Notes: generated from the letters alone by a model not told the origin. A stretch of 64,000 bases of DNA from Chiloscyllium plagiosum (GCF_004010195.1 NC_057750.1:8337294-8401293), one strand, 5' to 3'. Shown: positions 35,880 to 48,090, numbered from the stretch's first letter. Numbers and translations: made by a program.

Positions 35880-36505
35880 TAGACTCATTGAGATGTACAG
35901 CATGGAAACAAACTCCTCAGTCCAACTCGTCCATGCCGACCAGATATCCCTACCCAATCTAGTTCCACTGCCAGCATCTGGCCCATATCCCTCCAAACCC
36001 TTCCTATTCATACACCCATCCAGATGCCGTTTAAATGTTGCAATCGTACTAACTTCCTCTGGCAGCTCATTCCATACATGTACCACCCTCTGCGTGAAAA
36101 GGTTGCCCTTATGTCTCTTTTATATCTTTCCCCTCTCACCCTAAACCTATGCCCTCTAGTTCTGGACTCCCCCCACCCCTGGGACGAGACCTTGTCTGTT
36201 CATCCTGTCCACACCCTTCATGGTTTTATAAACCTCTAAGGTCACCCCTCAGCCTCCAACGCTCCAGGGAAAACAGCCCCAGCTTATTCAACCTCTCCCT
36301 ATAGCTCAAATCCTCCAATCCTGGCAATATCCTTGTAAATCTTTTCTGAACCCTTCCAAGTTTCACAACATCTTTCTGATAGGAAGGAGAGCAGAATTGC
36401 ACGCAATATTCTAAAGGTGGCCAAACCAGTGTGCAACATCATCTCCCAACTCCTGTACTCAATACTCTGACCAATAAAGGAAAGCATACCAAATGCCTTT
36501 CTACC
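35880..36505 (-). mobile_element. CR1 LINE 3' fragment
   Basis: KAFGMLSFIGQSIEYRSWE...; VHVWNELPEEV...FKRHLDG. Confidence 0.9.
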
Positions 36506-36694
36506 CAAAAGGTGAAAGCAGCCAATGAAGTGGACTGCTTTCGTGTACTGGCGAATGTACTTTGTCAGTAGGCTTTTGATTGGGCACAGCAGTTCAGATA
36601 TTTATGGAGGAGAAGTGCTACGGCCTCAGCGATTTGGGGAAACTCACTGGCCCAATGCATGGGTGCAGCAATGAGGGACCTTGTGTTAGACAAT

Positions 36695-37290
36695 AAGACA
36701 TAAGAACAGAAGTAGGCTATTCAGCCTATCGAATCTGCTCCGCCACTCAGTGAGGTCATGACTGATCTGATAATCCTCAACCTACATTCCTGCCTTTTCC
36801 CTTGATTCCCTTTCTGATTAAAAATCTGTCCCTGTCAGCCTTGAATATAATTAAACAACTTTGACAGCCCTGTGTGATAAAGATTTCCACAGACCTGTCT
36901 AACCTCTGAAGGAAGAAATTCCTCCTCGTCTCAGTCTTCAATGGACAACCCTTTTACTCTGAGATGATGCCCTCTGGTCCTAGACTGTCCCACAAGGAGA
37001 AACAACCTTTCCACATCTGTCCCATTAAATCCCCTAAAAATATTCAGTTCTGATGAAGGGTCACTGGACCTGAAATGTTAAATCAGATATATCTCCGCAG
37101 ACCTGCTGAGATTTTCCAGCAATTTCTGACTTTGCCCCAAAAAATGTTATATGATTCAATGAGGTGTCCTCTCATTCTTCGAAACTCCAATGAGTACAAA
37201 GCCAATCTCTCCTCATAAGACAGTCCCTCCTTACCTGGGATCAGCTGAGTGAACCTTCTCTTGACTGCCTCCAATGCTAGTATATTTGTC
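36695..37290 (-). mobile_element. Older CR1 3' fragment containing a family-B pseudo-LTR
   Basis: EAVKRRFTQLIPGKEGLSYEERLALYSLEFRRMRGHLIE; reverse-complement (CTTATG)n tail at ~36695. Confidence 0.8.
37045..37134 (+). ncRNA. Family-B PLE pseudo-LTR insertion with hammerhead core
   Basis: AGTT-CTGATGA-A-GGGTC-ACTG-GACCT-GAAA-TGTT-AA. Flanked by a near-duplication CCCCTAAAAATATT (37031-37044) / CCCCAAAAAATGTT (37135-37148). Confidence 0.7.
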
Positions 37291-37299
37291 TGTAGATTA

Positions 37300-37615
37300 T
37301 GGCTTAATGGTTAGTACTGCTGCCTCACGGTGCCAGGGCCTCTGGTTCAATTCCAGCCTCGGGCAACTGTCTGTGTGGAGTTTGCACATTTTTCCCGTGT
37401 CTCTGTGGGTTTCCTCTGGGTGCTCCGGTTTTCTCCCACAATCCAAAGATATGCAGGTTAGGATGGATTGGCCATGCTAAATTTCCCAAAGTGTCCAGGG
37501 ATGTGCAGGCTAGGTGGATTAGCCATGGGAAATGCAAGACTACTGGGAGGGGTGGGTCTGGGCGTGATGCTTTTCTGAAGCTCAGTGTAGACTTGAATGG
37601 TTAGGGATTCTATGA
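37300..37615 (+). mobile_element. HE1-type V-SINE
   Basis: Head, V-domain and GGGATTCTATGA tail. Confidence 0.85.
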
Positions 37616-37894
37616 CAAGATAAGGGGACCAAGCAAAAGAGCTTTGTTCTCAGCAATTCATGTCCTCCATCACCTTGGGAACTCACTTTGGGATGAAGGT
37701 GAAGATAGAGAAGCCACAGCCACACTCTTGGGGAGGAGGAAAGGTGTTAATGTCATGTTCTAACCATACTCCTGCTTCATGTTAGACACTAACAACACGG
37801 GAATAACTGAAATTGTTTAAGTATCTGAAACCCGAACTGTTGCTTCTCTCTTGGGCTGACTGTGCATTTCTAGCATTTTCTGTTTTGTTTATTA

Positions 37895-39616
37895 TCCCCA
37901 CAAAGGTGAAACAAACTGTCGGGCTTCACAATTGGTAGTGTCCATTCCACAATTTGGACTGGTTTGATGATTCCTTCACTTTTCAGCCCCTTTATTTCTG
38001 CCTTGACTGTTGTCTGTAAGACAAATAACCCTAGGCCGGCCTTGCAAAATCGTGGAATTGCTTCCTTATCTTAGCTCCTTTGATAATCCCTAGACCTTCC
38101 TAAAAAGCTTCCAGGTATTTAATTAGGACTTTACTCAGGCAGCCGTTTTCAAATCAAAACTTGTTGAGCCAATCTAGGTAAATATTTCTCAACCAATTTC
38201 ACCCCATTGAGCTTGAGCCTGAACCTTTTACTACAGTCAGTGGTAACTAAAGCAGTTGCTCCTTATGAGAGACCGGAACCTAAGTTGTACCCTTAATCTG
38301 TAAGGGTTCCCCAGTATAGTTTCTCAGTTTACCGAAGTCTTGCGTAAACTTAACTGTTAGAGTCCAGAACAAATTTTGTTAAAGACTAGTTCTGTGACCA
38401 GTGAAATGGCCACCCTGGAATCGACCTCCAGTAGAACCGGGTCTCCATTTAATCAGATGCTTATTTTGATTTGCATGTTGCTAAGCAGATGTAGGTGGAT
38501 TTTCCACGGTGTGCACTCTCCTCGATATCAGCCTATGAGCTCTCTTACTCAGTTTAGGTCTAGTGGGACTCTTTTGCTGTTTCAGGACCACATACTGGCA
38601 ACAACTACAATGGTCTGCCCGCCTAGATCGTGAAGGAAGTTTTAACTGTTTAGCTAAAGCTTGGTTTTGTTCTCTGGTTTTGCTGTAGGCTAACCTAGAG
38701 TCCCTTTGTTCAGGATATGTCCTGAGTGAAGCTATGTAATTGCCTTCACTTAAGTGGTGGTCCCCAAGCTTGATTGGACTGGTGAGGGTGTCCACTTCCA
38801 TCAGAAAACCCTGCAACTTGTACGCTCCCGTTGCCAGATTTTCCAATGCTAAAGCCAGTTGTAGTGCCTGGTTGAAGTCCAACTGGGCTTCAGCTAGTAA
38901 GCACTTTTGCTTGGTTACATCATTAATCCGATATACCAAACAGTCTCTCAGCATCTCGTTAAGGATTCACCCAGAGTCGCATGCCTGTGCCAGTTGTCTT
39001 AATTTAGTCAAAGATCCTGATACGGACTCCCCGATTCTCAAATTGCCAAGTAAAACCAAAAGCATCTCAGAATTAGAGGAGGCTTGGAATTGTAATATTC
39101 TTTAATTAAATCTGTCAGCTGTTGTAAGGTTTTAATATCTGGTGTCTCAGGGAAAGTTAGGCTCCTATTAACCAAAAAAGCTACAGGTCCACAAGCTGTC
39201 AGAAAAATTACTCATTTTCTCATCTGCCTCAGTGTCATTTGCTTGGGGAAAAAAATGCATACTGGGCACAGTCTTCAACAGCAGGATTGAATGAATCAAG
39301 CTTCCCAAATAATGGCATGATGCCAGAAATGCCTACCCCAAATCAAAGACAACTGTTGTGAGTGCATTTCTTAGAGAGTGTTTTTATCTTGTCACCACTG
39401 AAATAACTCAGAGGCCGGTATTCCATCAGCAAGTCACTCTTTGTTTACACACAGAGAATCTTTGAAACTGATCCAGCTTCCTCCGAGTCAGCTCTCAGTG
39501 TGAACAAAACCTCTGACACCCCTGTTCTTATCTGTCAGCCAGGACCCCCTGACTGGCGCAGTCAGGGAACTCACATTCTATGAGGTCCACCTGGCTGACC
39601 TGTTACAATCACTACA
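37895..39616 (-). mobile_element. Truncated, decayed Gypsy (Ty3) LTR retrotransposon: 5' LTR, PBS, gag, protease, start of RT
   Basis: LTR 39616-39399 (TG...CA), then PBS-like GTGGTGACAAGAT. Gag MPLFGKLDSF (ATG 39318) ... LRDCLVYRIND...LLAE..LDFNQAL. Protease LNGDPVLLEVDSRVAI...YTGEPLQIKG. RT IPRFCKA...SEGIIKPVQIVEW...LCGD. Confidence 0.85.
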
Positions 39617-40494
39617 GTAGTAAGCCTTCTTTACGCTTATACTTTACTCCCTTTTTTTTAATCAAGAGCTAACACACAGACCATTTGCATTCCTAATTTG
39701 CAGCAAGGAACTTTGTCATTCATATACCAAAATGGTTCTTTTGAATAAAAATGTTTTCCACTCTCTCTCCAGTGTTTCTCTGTTGTTATATCCATATTTT
39801 CCTATTAAAATGGATGCTCCCCACTTTGTATTCCATCTGTCATATTCTTGCTCACTCACCCAACCTGTCCAAGTCCCTGTGCAGTTTCTTGGTATCTTCC
39901 CCACTGCATTTTATATTGCCATCAAATTTAAATAGTCAGTCAGTCTCCTCTGCTGGTGTTATAGATTGTAAATAGTCATGATTTTTGCACTTCCTCGGGC
40001 TGTTTACAACATATCAACATGAGAATGTCTGACCTATCACTGCTGTTTGTTTACTGACCATCCTCAATCCATTACAACCTCCAATCCTAAGCACCTTGAT
40101 TTTTGTGTAGGAATTGCTTGAGTGCAACCAACTGCTTTTTATAACCTAAAAGCCTAAATACTCTACTTTCACTGGTTCCCCCTTTTCCATCCTAATAGTT
40201 AGAACTAGGCTGGAGTAATGGGTTATCACTATCATGTTTCAGATACAGGTGTATTTGAACTTCTCCCTTTGTTCCTGAGGGAAAGTGGTCGCAGTGTAAA
40301 CCATTCCCCACTTCCAAATCTTTTGTTGACCTTTTAATCAAATATGTGCCAGACTTGTTGTTTTGGCAGCTGGGCAGAGGCAATCCTTCATTCTTAACTA
40401 AATAGTTCTGGAAAAAAACTGAATATATCTGTCAAAAATGATGTCTATTTCATAAATTTGTGTTGACTCTGCTTACTTGTATTATGTTTTTCTC

Positions 40495-41395
40495 ATGTCA
40501 TAGAGATATACAGCACGGAAACAGACCCTTTGGTTCAACCTGTCCATGCCGACCACACACCCTAACCTAATCTAGTCCCATTTGCCACTATTTAACTCAT
40601 ATCCCTCTAAAGTCTTCCTATTCACACACCCATCCAGATCCCTGGTAAATGTTGCAATTATACCAAATGCCACCACTTTCTCTGGCAGTTCATTCCATAT
40701 ACACACACCATCCTAAACATGAAAAAGTTGCCCCTTAGGTCCCTTTTAAATTTTTCCCATAAACCTATGCCCTCTAGTTCTGGACTCCCCCACCCCAGGG
40801 AAAAGACCTTGTCTATTTATCTTTTCCATGCCCCTCCATGATTTTATAAACCTCTATAAAGTCACCCCTCAGTCTCCGATGCTTCAGGCAAAACAGCCCC
40901 AGCCTATTCAGCCTCTCCCTATAGCTCAAATACTCCAACCCTGGCAACAATCTTGTAAATCTTTTCTGAACCACTTCAAGTTTCACAACATCCTTCCGAT
41001 AGGAAGAAAGCAAAGAATTGACTTCCCAACTCCTATACTCAATGTTCTGACCAATAAAGGAAAGCATACCAACTGCCTTCTTCACAATCTTATCTGCCCA
41101 CAACTCCACTCTCAAGGAGCTATGAACCTGCACTCCAGGGTCTCTTTGTTCAGCAACACTCCCTATGACCTTACCATTAAGTGTATACGTCCTGCTCTTG
41201 ATTTGCTTTTCCAAAATGCAGCACCTCAAATTTATCTAAATTAAACTCCATCTGCACTCCTCAGCTCATTGGTCCAAGATCCTGTTGTAATCTGAGGTAA
41301 CCTTCTTTGCTGTCCACTACACCTCCAAGTTTGGTGTCATTTGCAAACTTACTAACTACACCTCCTATGTTCACACCCAAATCGTTTGTATAAAT
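40495..41395 (-). mobile_element. CR1 LINE 3' fragment with RT end
   Basis: SKFANDTK; ORF 40813-41229 ...QRDPGVQVHSSL...QKRFTRLLPGL...RGDFIEVYKIM. Confidence 0.9.
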
Positions 41396-41719
41396 GTCCT
41401 GTTATCACAATCCTTGGAGTTGTTTCATGGAGATCCTGCTGGATATTAATTGTTGGATAACGGAAATTGGGATGGTCCCTTTGCGGTTAGTTCGAGCTGG
41501 TGAAGAAATAGCCACATGTTCTTGCTCCCAGTCACTTCCTAATGCAGAGTTCACTTGTGTTGGAGGCAGCTGGGCTGAGGGAACACACTGAGCTGTGACC
41601 CCCCCCCCCCAAAAAAAAGCTGAAGAAGTTGGCAGGCAGCAGATTTGAAGCCGATGAGTGAAACTTGTTCGTTTGGTAATGGACAAGAACCTGCACAGAG
41701 TGGACACATACCTAACAGC

Positions 41720-41835
41720 GAAAGTGATCACCGTAGATGCTGGAGATCCGAGTCGAGAGTGTGGTGCTGGAAAAGCACAGCAGGTCAGGCAGCATCCGAG
41801 AAGCAGGAGAATCGATGTTTCGGGCAAAAGCCCTT
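41720..41835 (-). mobile_element. Family-A PLE pseudo-LTR fragment
   Basis: GTGGTGCTGGAAAAGCACAGCAGGTCAGGCAGCATCCGAG...GAATCGATGTTTCGGGCAAAAGCCCTTC. Confidence 0.75.
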
Positions 41836-42630
41836 CCTCGTTTCTCCCAAATCAACTCCTCACACCTAAACCCCTCATCCTTAACTTCCAAATCCTTCCC
41901 TTCAAAACCTTTCACTCTCTTATCCTTCCTTCCCTCATCAGCCTTTCCTCCCTTCTTCCCTTCCTCCTCTTNNNNNNNNNNNNNNNNNNNNNNNNNNNNN
42001 NNNNNNNNNNNNNNNNNNNNNNNNNNNNNNNNNNNNNNNNNNNNNNNNNNNNNNNNNNNNNNNNNNNNNNNNNNNNNNNNNNNNNNNNNNNNNNNNNNNN
42101 NNNNNNNNNNNNNNNNNNNNNNNNNNNNNNNNNNNNNNNNNNNNNNNNNNNNNNNNNNNNNNNNNNNNNNNNNNNNNNNNNNNNNNNNNNNNNNNNNNNN
42201 NNNNNNNNNNNNNNNNNNNNNNNNNNNNNNNNNNNNNNNNNNNNNNNNNNNNNNNNNNNNNNNNNNNNNNNNNNNNNNNNNNNNNNNNNNNNNNNNNNNN
42301 NNNNNNNNNNNNNNNNNNNNNNNNNNNNNNNNNNNNNNNNNNNNNNNNNNNNNNNNNNNNNNNNNNNNNNNNNNNNNNNNNNNNNNNNNNNNNNNNNNNN
42401 NNNNNNNNNNNNNNNNNNNNNNNNNNNNNNNNNNNNNNNNNNNNNNNNNNNNNNNNNNNNNNNNNNNNNNNCGCCCAGCCTCCCTCACGCCCAGCCTCCC
42501 TCAGAAATACAATGTCATTGATAAACAAAGTAGCTGATGATATTTGGGGGTCAGTTGGGAATGTGGAATGGAGGAAAGAAAATCTGACATCCTTTTTCCA
42601 TCTGGCCTACATGTGACTCCAAACCCATTG

Positions 42631-44207
42631 TAGGAGAAAGTGAGGTCTGGAGATCTGAATCGAACAGTGTGGTACTGTAAAAGCACAGCATCTGAGGAAC
42701 AGGAGAGTCGATGTTTCAGGCATAATCCCTTCACCAGGAATGAGGTTTGTGGGCTAAGGGAGCTGAGAGATAAATTATAAGGGGTGGGGCTGGGGGCAAT
42801 GTAGCTGGGAATGCGATAGGTAGATGAATGTGGGGGGTGAAAGTGATAGGTTGGAGAGGAGGGTAGAGCAGATAGTTGGTAAGGAAGATGGATAGGTAGG
42901 ACAGTTCAAGAGATCTGTGCTGAGTTGCGAGATTGGGACTGGGATAAGGTGGGGGGAGGGGAAATAGGGAAACTGGTGAAATCCACATTGATCCTGAGTG
43001 GTTGAAGTGTCCCAACGTGGAAGATGAGGTGTTCTTCCTCCAAGCATCAGGTGGTTAGAGTTTGTCTATGGAGGAGGCCCAGGACCTGCATGTCCTTGCT
43101 GGAGTGCGGGTGGGAGGGGGAGTTAATGTGTTCAGCCATGGGGCCGGGGGATTGGTTGGTGCGGGTGTCCTAGAGATGTTCTCTGAAACAATCTGCAAGT
43201 TGGCGTCCTGTCTCCTTGACGAAGGGGAGACCATGTCAGGTGCAATGGATGCAGTAGATGATGTGTGGAAGTCCAGGTAAATTTCTGTCTGATATGGAAG
43301 GATCCTTCGGGGCCTTGGACGGAGATGTGGCTGCAGGTTTTGCACTTCCTGCGATGGGAGAAAGTGAGGACTGCAGATGCTGGAGACCAGAGTTGAAAGT
43401 GTGGAAAAGCACAGCAGATCAGGCAGCATCCGAGGAGCAGGAGAATCAACATTTTGGGCATAAGGCCTTCATCAGGAATGAGGCTTGTGGGCAGGGGGGC
43501 TGAGAGATAAATGGGAGGGAGGTGGTGTTTGGGGAAGGTAGATGAGAATGCAATAGGTAAATGAAGGTAAGGGAGAAGGTGATAGGTCGGAGATGGGGGG
43601 GTAGAGGGGAGTGGGAGGGGGAGCAGGGGAAGGTGCTGGGCGGGGCAGGTAGGTTGTTGGAGGGCTGGACCTGTCAAGGGAGTCACAGAGGGAATGGTTA
43701 ATCCAAAATGCAGATAGTGTTGGGGAGGGAAATATATCCCTGGTGGTGAGGTCTGTTTGTAGGTGGCGAAAATAGCAGAGGGTAATGCAATATATCTGGA
43801 GATTGGTGAGCTGGAACGTGAGGACTGGGATGGGGGGGCGCTTCTGCCCTTGTTGCAGTTGGAGGGTGGGGTTCAAGGAGGGCGGTGTGGGAAGTGGAGG
43901 AGATGTGCTGGAGGGCATCGTTGACCACGTGGATGGGGAAATTGCGGTCTTTGAAGAAGGAAGCCATCTGGGATGTTCTATGGTGGAATTGGTCCTCCTG
44001 GGAGCAGATGCACCAGAGGTGGAGGAATTGGGAATAAGGGAGAGCATTTTTACAGGAGGAAGGGTGGAAGGAGGTGGAGTCCAGGTAGATATGGGAGTTG
44101 GTGGGCTTGTATTCCTCCTCCCGATGAAGGTCTAATGCCCAAAATATCGACACTCCTGCTCCTCGGATGCTGTCTGCCCGGTTGTGCTTTTCCAGCATCG
44201 CCCTCTT
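42631..44207 (-). mobile_element. Composite Penelope-like (Neptune-type) insertion: two tandem pseudo-LTR+body segments plus an inverted pseudo-LTR, 15-bp TSD
   Basis: TGACTCCAAACCCAT at 42614-42628 and 44208-44222 splits a SINE-X. Body encodes RRKCKTC...QGPEGSFHIRQKFT and YKPTNSHIYLDSTSFHPSSCKNALPYSQFL. pLTRs at ~42633-42745, ~43357-43485 (-) and ~44120-44207 (+). Confidence 0.85.
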
Positions 44208-44819
44208 TGACTCCAAACCCATAGCGCAATGGTCCATTCTTAACAGCCCTCTGGGGCAATTAACGATGAGCAATAAATGTGGCTTCAACCAGCGATGAGC
44301 ACATCCCATGAATTAATAAAAAAAATTTCAGCTGTGATCATATCGAATGGCAGAGCAGGCTTCGGGCCCAAACCTTGCTGCTAATTTATATGTTCTATTT
44401 CTAACAAAGGGTAAACTTTGATATTAATTCAAAGGTCTATTTTTATGTAATTTTATTGCAGCAACTGTAAGAAGACAGTAAGAGGGCATGTGTCCATATT
44501 GTCATAGATTAAGGATTTGTCTAGACACCACCCCATCCCAGTTAATTTTCAATCTGAACAAAAGTTCATTGGATCTGGCTGTTAACACTGCTTTCTATCC
44601 ACAGATAGTGCCAGACCTGCTGAGTTTCTTCAGCAATTTCTTTTTGTTCCTAACCTTCAGTCTATATTCTCACAAGAACAGTTAGCAAATGTGGCTGCAG
44701 GATTTGAGGGAGGTGGTAATGGAGTTGGGGGAGAATGATCTGTGACTGTAGACTTGCCCTCACTCCCTGAGAATGTCAACGTCAGTATCAATCTTAGTTT
44801 GTGTCAGCAATTCCACAAC

Positions 44820-45620
44820 CTCTTTCTTTTTTTCTCTCTGTCTCCAAACATCTAACTTGCTTTCCTTCCCTTCTCTCTCTCCAAACCTCTAACTCGTTTT
44901 CTCCCCTTTTTCTCTCTCCAAACCTCCAACTCGCTTTCCTCTCCTCTCTCTCCAAACCTCCAACTCGCTTTCCTCTCCCCTCTCTCCAAACCTACAACTC
45001 ACTTTCCCCCCTTTTTTNNNNNNNNNNNNNNNNNNNNNNNNNNNNNNNNNNNNNNNNNNNNNNNNNNNNNNNNNNNNNNNNNNNNNNNNNNNNNNNNNNN
45101 NNNNNNNNNNNNNNNNNNNNNNNNNNNNNNNNNNNNNNNNNNNNNNNNNNNNNNNNNNNNNNNNNNNNNNNNNNNNNNNNNNNNNNNNNNNNNNNNNNNN
45201 NNNNNNNNNNNNNNNNNNNNNNNNNNNNNNNNNNNNNNNNNNNNNNNNNNNNNNNNNNNNNNNNNNNNNNNNNNNNTCTCTCCCCCCCCCCCCCCCAAAT
45301 CTCCAGCTCACTTTTCTCTCTCCAAAGCTTCAGCTCACTTTTCTCCCTTCTCTCTCTCTCCAAACCTCCAAATCGCTTTCCACACCTTTTTCTCTCTCCA
45401 AATCTCCAGCTCACTTTCTTCCCCTTTCTCTCTCTCTAATCCAGCTCACTTTCCTCTCCTCTCTCTAAACCTCCAGCTCACTTTCTTCCCCTTCTCTCTC
45501 CTCTTTCTAAACCTCCAGCTCACTTTCCTCTCCTTTCTCTCTCTATCCAAACCTCCAGATCACTTTTCTCCCCTTCTCTCTAAACTGCAGCTCACTTTCC
45601 TCCCCTTCTCTCTCTCTCCT
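44820..45620 (+). repeat. CT-rich degenerate tandem repeat (~30-36 bp unit; contains gap 45018-45275)
   Basis: Recurring CTCTCTC(C/T)AAACCTCCAGCTCACTTT(C/T)C. Confidence 0.9.
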
Positions 45621-46111
45621 CCCAGCCAGAGCCCCCTTGTGACCTGAATTACAAAAGCACAGCTGACTGGTGATTGCACGGCGTCTCAGAGTAGTGTTGC
45701 TGCCGTTGCTAGGACATAGCGAGAGGGGGAAAAAAAATCTTTTTCTCCCTCCGTTTTCTTCCAAACAATGCAAGAAAAAAAAGTGACAGCCACATCCAGC
45801 GCGCGTTCTTAAAGCTTTTCCAGAAGAAGTTTCATCATTTTCCCCCCTCCATGTCTCCCGTGTGTTAGCAGAGAGAGGAAAATAAGACTGGGAGGGGGTG
45901 GGAGGATGGCTTTGGACCTTCATTAGGGACCAGTCCTTCGGATCCTATCGACTCTGTCTCGGCGTCACTTTAATGTGGGAATTTTAACGCTGACTGACAG
46001 GGACTGGCAGTTTCCATGGGGCTGTTTGTCCACCCAGACTTCGGATTACATGTTCATTTAGAACTACAATCGCTGCAGGATCCTGGAACGTTTTTACAGT
46101 GTCCAGATATG
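45620..46111 (+). promoter_or_regulatory. Candidate alternative promoter / first exon
   Basis: Unique sequence locally enriched in CpG, with RFX-like GTTGCTAGG at 45705 and donor-like GATATG|GTAAAT at 46112. Confidence 0.4.
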
Positions 46112-46439
46112 GTAAATCTCTCTCTCTCTCGCTCTGTTTTGTGAATTTTGTAATTTGTTTCCTCTCTCTGCTAGTTTGGATTTTATTCGGAGCTGTGCAA
46201 AGATCCTAGTGTGTGTGAGGCAAGCCTGCAAGATTGGGTAATGATTATCAATGTCCCCTTGTACTGGAGGGACATTGGCCTCAGTATTCAACCCCCCCCC
46301 CCCCCCCAAACTTTTAGCTGACCTTGGCACTGAATATGTCCCAAATTTGGGGGATAGGTAAAAGAGGTGACCCTTTTCCTCTCCCATTAGTGGTTGATGA
46401 GGACCCACACCTTTGCCCTTACCCTTACCCTAATCCAAC

Positions 46440-47570
46440 TCTTTAAGCATAAGCCCCCTCACCTTTTAAGCCATTAGCTTGTGTGTTCAAAGCTTTGTCC
46501 CTTGCCACCTCCAGTGGGGTTCCACCACCAGACACATACTCCCTTCGCTGACGGTATTCCTTTGAGTCCATGGTCTGATCCCTATCACTGCCTTCACCTC
46601 TCCATGGTGCCTTTTCTGCGATCACAGAAGGTGTGGCATTTACCCATTTACCTCACTGTCTACAGGCCCACCCACACACCTTCCAGGTGAAGCAGCTTTT
46701 CACGTGTGCATATTTTAATCTAGTCTGCTGTTCACAGTGTTGTCTCCTCAATATTGGCAAGACCAAATGTAGACTGGGTGACTGCTTTGCAGAACATATC
46801 CACGTTTTTGGCTAAAATGACCCTGGACTCCTAGTTCCTTGCCTTTCCAAAAACAAAACTCCCTTGCTGTCAAGCTAACATTTCCATCCTGGGCGAGCTG
46901 CAGTGTTCTAGCAAGGTATGACACAAGTGGCGGAGCAGACAGGCAGGAGGCTGGAAGAACACAGGAGGCCAGGCAGCAACAGGAAGTGGAGAAGTCGACA
47001 TTTCGGGTGTAACCTGAAGAAGGGCGATACCCGAAACGTCGACGTCTCCACCTCCTGATGCTGCCTGGCCTTCTGTGTTCTTCCAGCCTTCAGACTGTCA
47101 GTTTTGGATTCTAGCATCTGCAGTTTTTTTGTCTCTAACCAAGTTTGTTCCACAAGTGGTAGAATAGCATTTTCGCCTTAGGTACTTTACAGCCTTTAGT
47201 TGAGTTCAACAACTTCAGACTGTTTTAATTAAAATGCCTCTTCTCTGGTGTCTACTTTATTTGAGTTTGCTCTCAGCAGAGCTGACTTGTTTTTCCTATT
47301 AACACCCATTCTTTATCTATATCGCTCCTCTCCTACTATTAACACTCCCTTTGCCCTTTAAGCAGGGCATCCTCACCATCGGTTCCAGTGATCCGCTCTA
47401 CCTTTCATCAGTAGATTAAAAACAATCATCCTTTCAGCCTCTTCAGTTCTGAAAAAGATTGATATTGAACTCAAAATGTTAAATCTGTTTTTCTGTTTCA
47501 AATGTTGCCAGGTCTGCTGAGTTTCTCCAGCACTCTTTTTTAAATTGCAGCATCAGCTGGACTTTTCTTT
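46440..47570 (+). mobile_element. Old PLE GIY-YIG region and family-B pseudo-LTR, interrupted by a palindrome
   Basis: HTFQVKQLFTC...CSQCCLLNIGKTKCRLGDCFAEH. Ends CAGTTCTGAAAAAG...CAAAATGTTAA...GTTGCCAGGTCTGCTGAGTTTCTCCAGCA. Confidence 0.7.
46939..47150. mobile_element. Palindromic PLE pseudo-LTR mini-element (A-related) with hammerhead core
   Basis: Inverted arms (GGCTGGAAGAACACAG / CTGTGTTCTTCCAGCC). Core CTGAAGA-A-GGG-CGATA-CCC-GAAAC-GTC at 47014-47040. CACAAGTGG duplicated at 46922-46930 and 47151-47159. Confidence 0.8.
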
Positions 47571-47669
47571 TATTAGAGAGCGATTGATGTGTTTTTCAGG
47601 AGGGAGTGGTAATTTGGGAGAAGAAAGGGAGTTCAATCTTCATTTTCATGCTTAGTCATTCAGATGTAA

Positions 47670-48090
47670 AATCAGTAAAAATTTGCAATTACATTATCAC
47701 AACGCAAGACTGTCAGGACCTCTCCAAGAGCTTCACAGCCAATAATGTACTTCTGAAGTATAATATTTGTAATATAGGGAATGAGGCTGCAAACTTGTGC
47801 ATGCTCCAATTAGTAACGTGGTAATGACCAGATAATGTGTTTTGGTGATGTTAATTGGGGGGTGAACGTTGGCCCAGGATGTGGAGGTGAACTCACCTGC
47901 TCTTCCTTGAAGTGGTGCCATTCTCGGTCCTTTTGAGAAAAAATGGCCAGGCTTTGATTAAATGTTTCATGGTGCCTCTAACAGTGCAGTACTGCCTCTG
48001 TGCTATGCTCAGTCTGTCAGCAAGGATTCTGGAATGGGACTTTTACCCAAAATCCTTTAAGTCTTGAGGCGAGACCCACCAACTGAGGGA
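47670..48090 (-). mobile_element. Deu-domain SINE
   Basis: TCAGGACCTCTCCAAGAGCTTCACAGCCAATAATGTACTTCTGAAGTA...TAATGACCAGATAAT...GGTGCCTCTAACAGTGCAGTACT. Confidence 0.7.

Noticed and set aside
41658..42537. ORFs of 196-287 aa (similar ones at 5263-5975 and 44801-45439)
   Set aside because: Artefacts of N gaps and purine/pyrimidine tracts.
46417..46436. CCCTTACCCTTACCCTAA telomere-like run next to a PLE fragment
   Set aside because: Only three imperfect units, which is compatible with chance.
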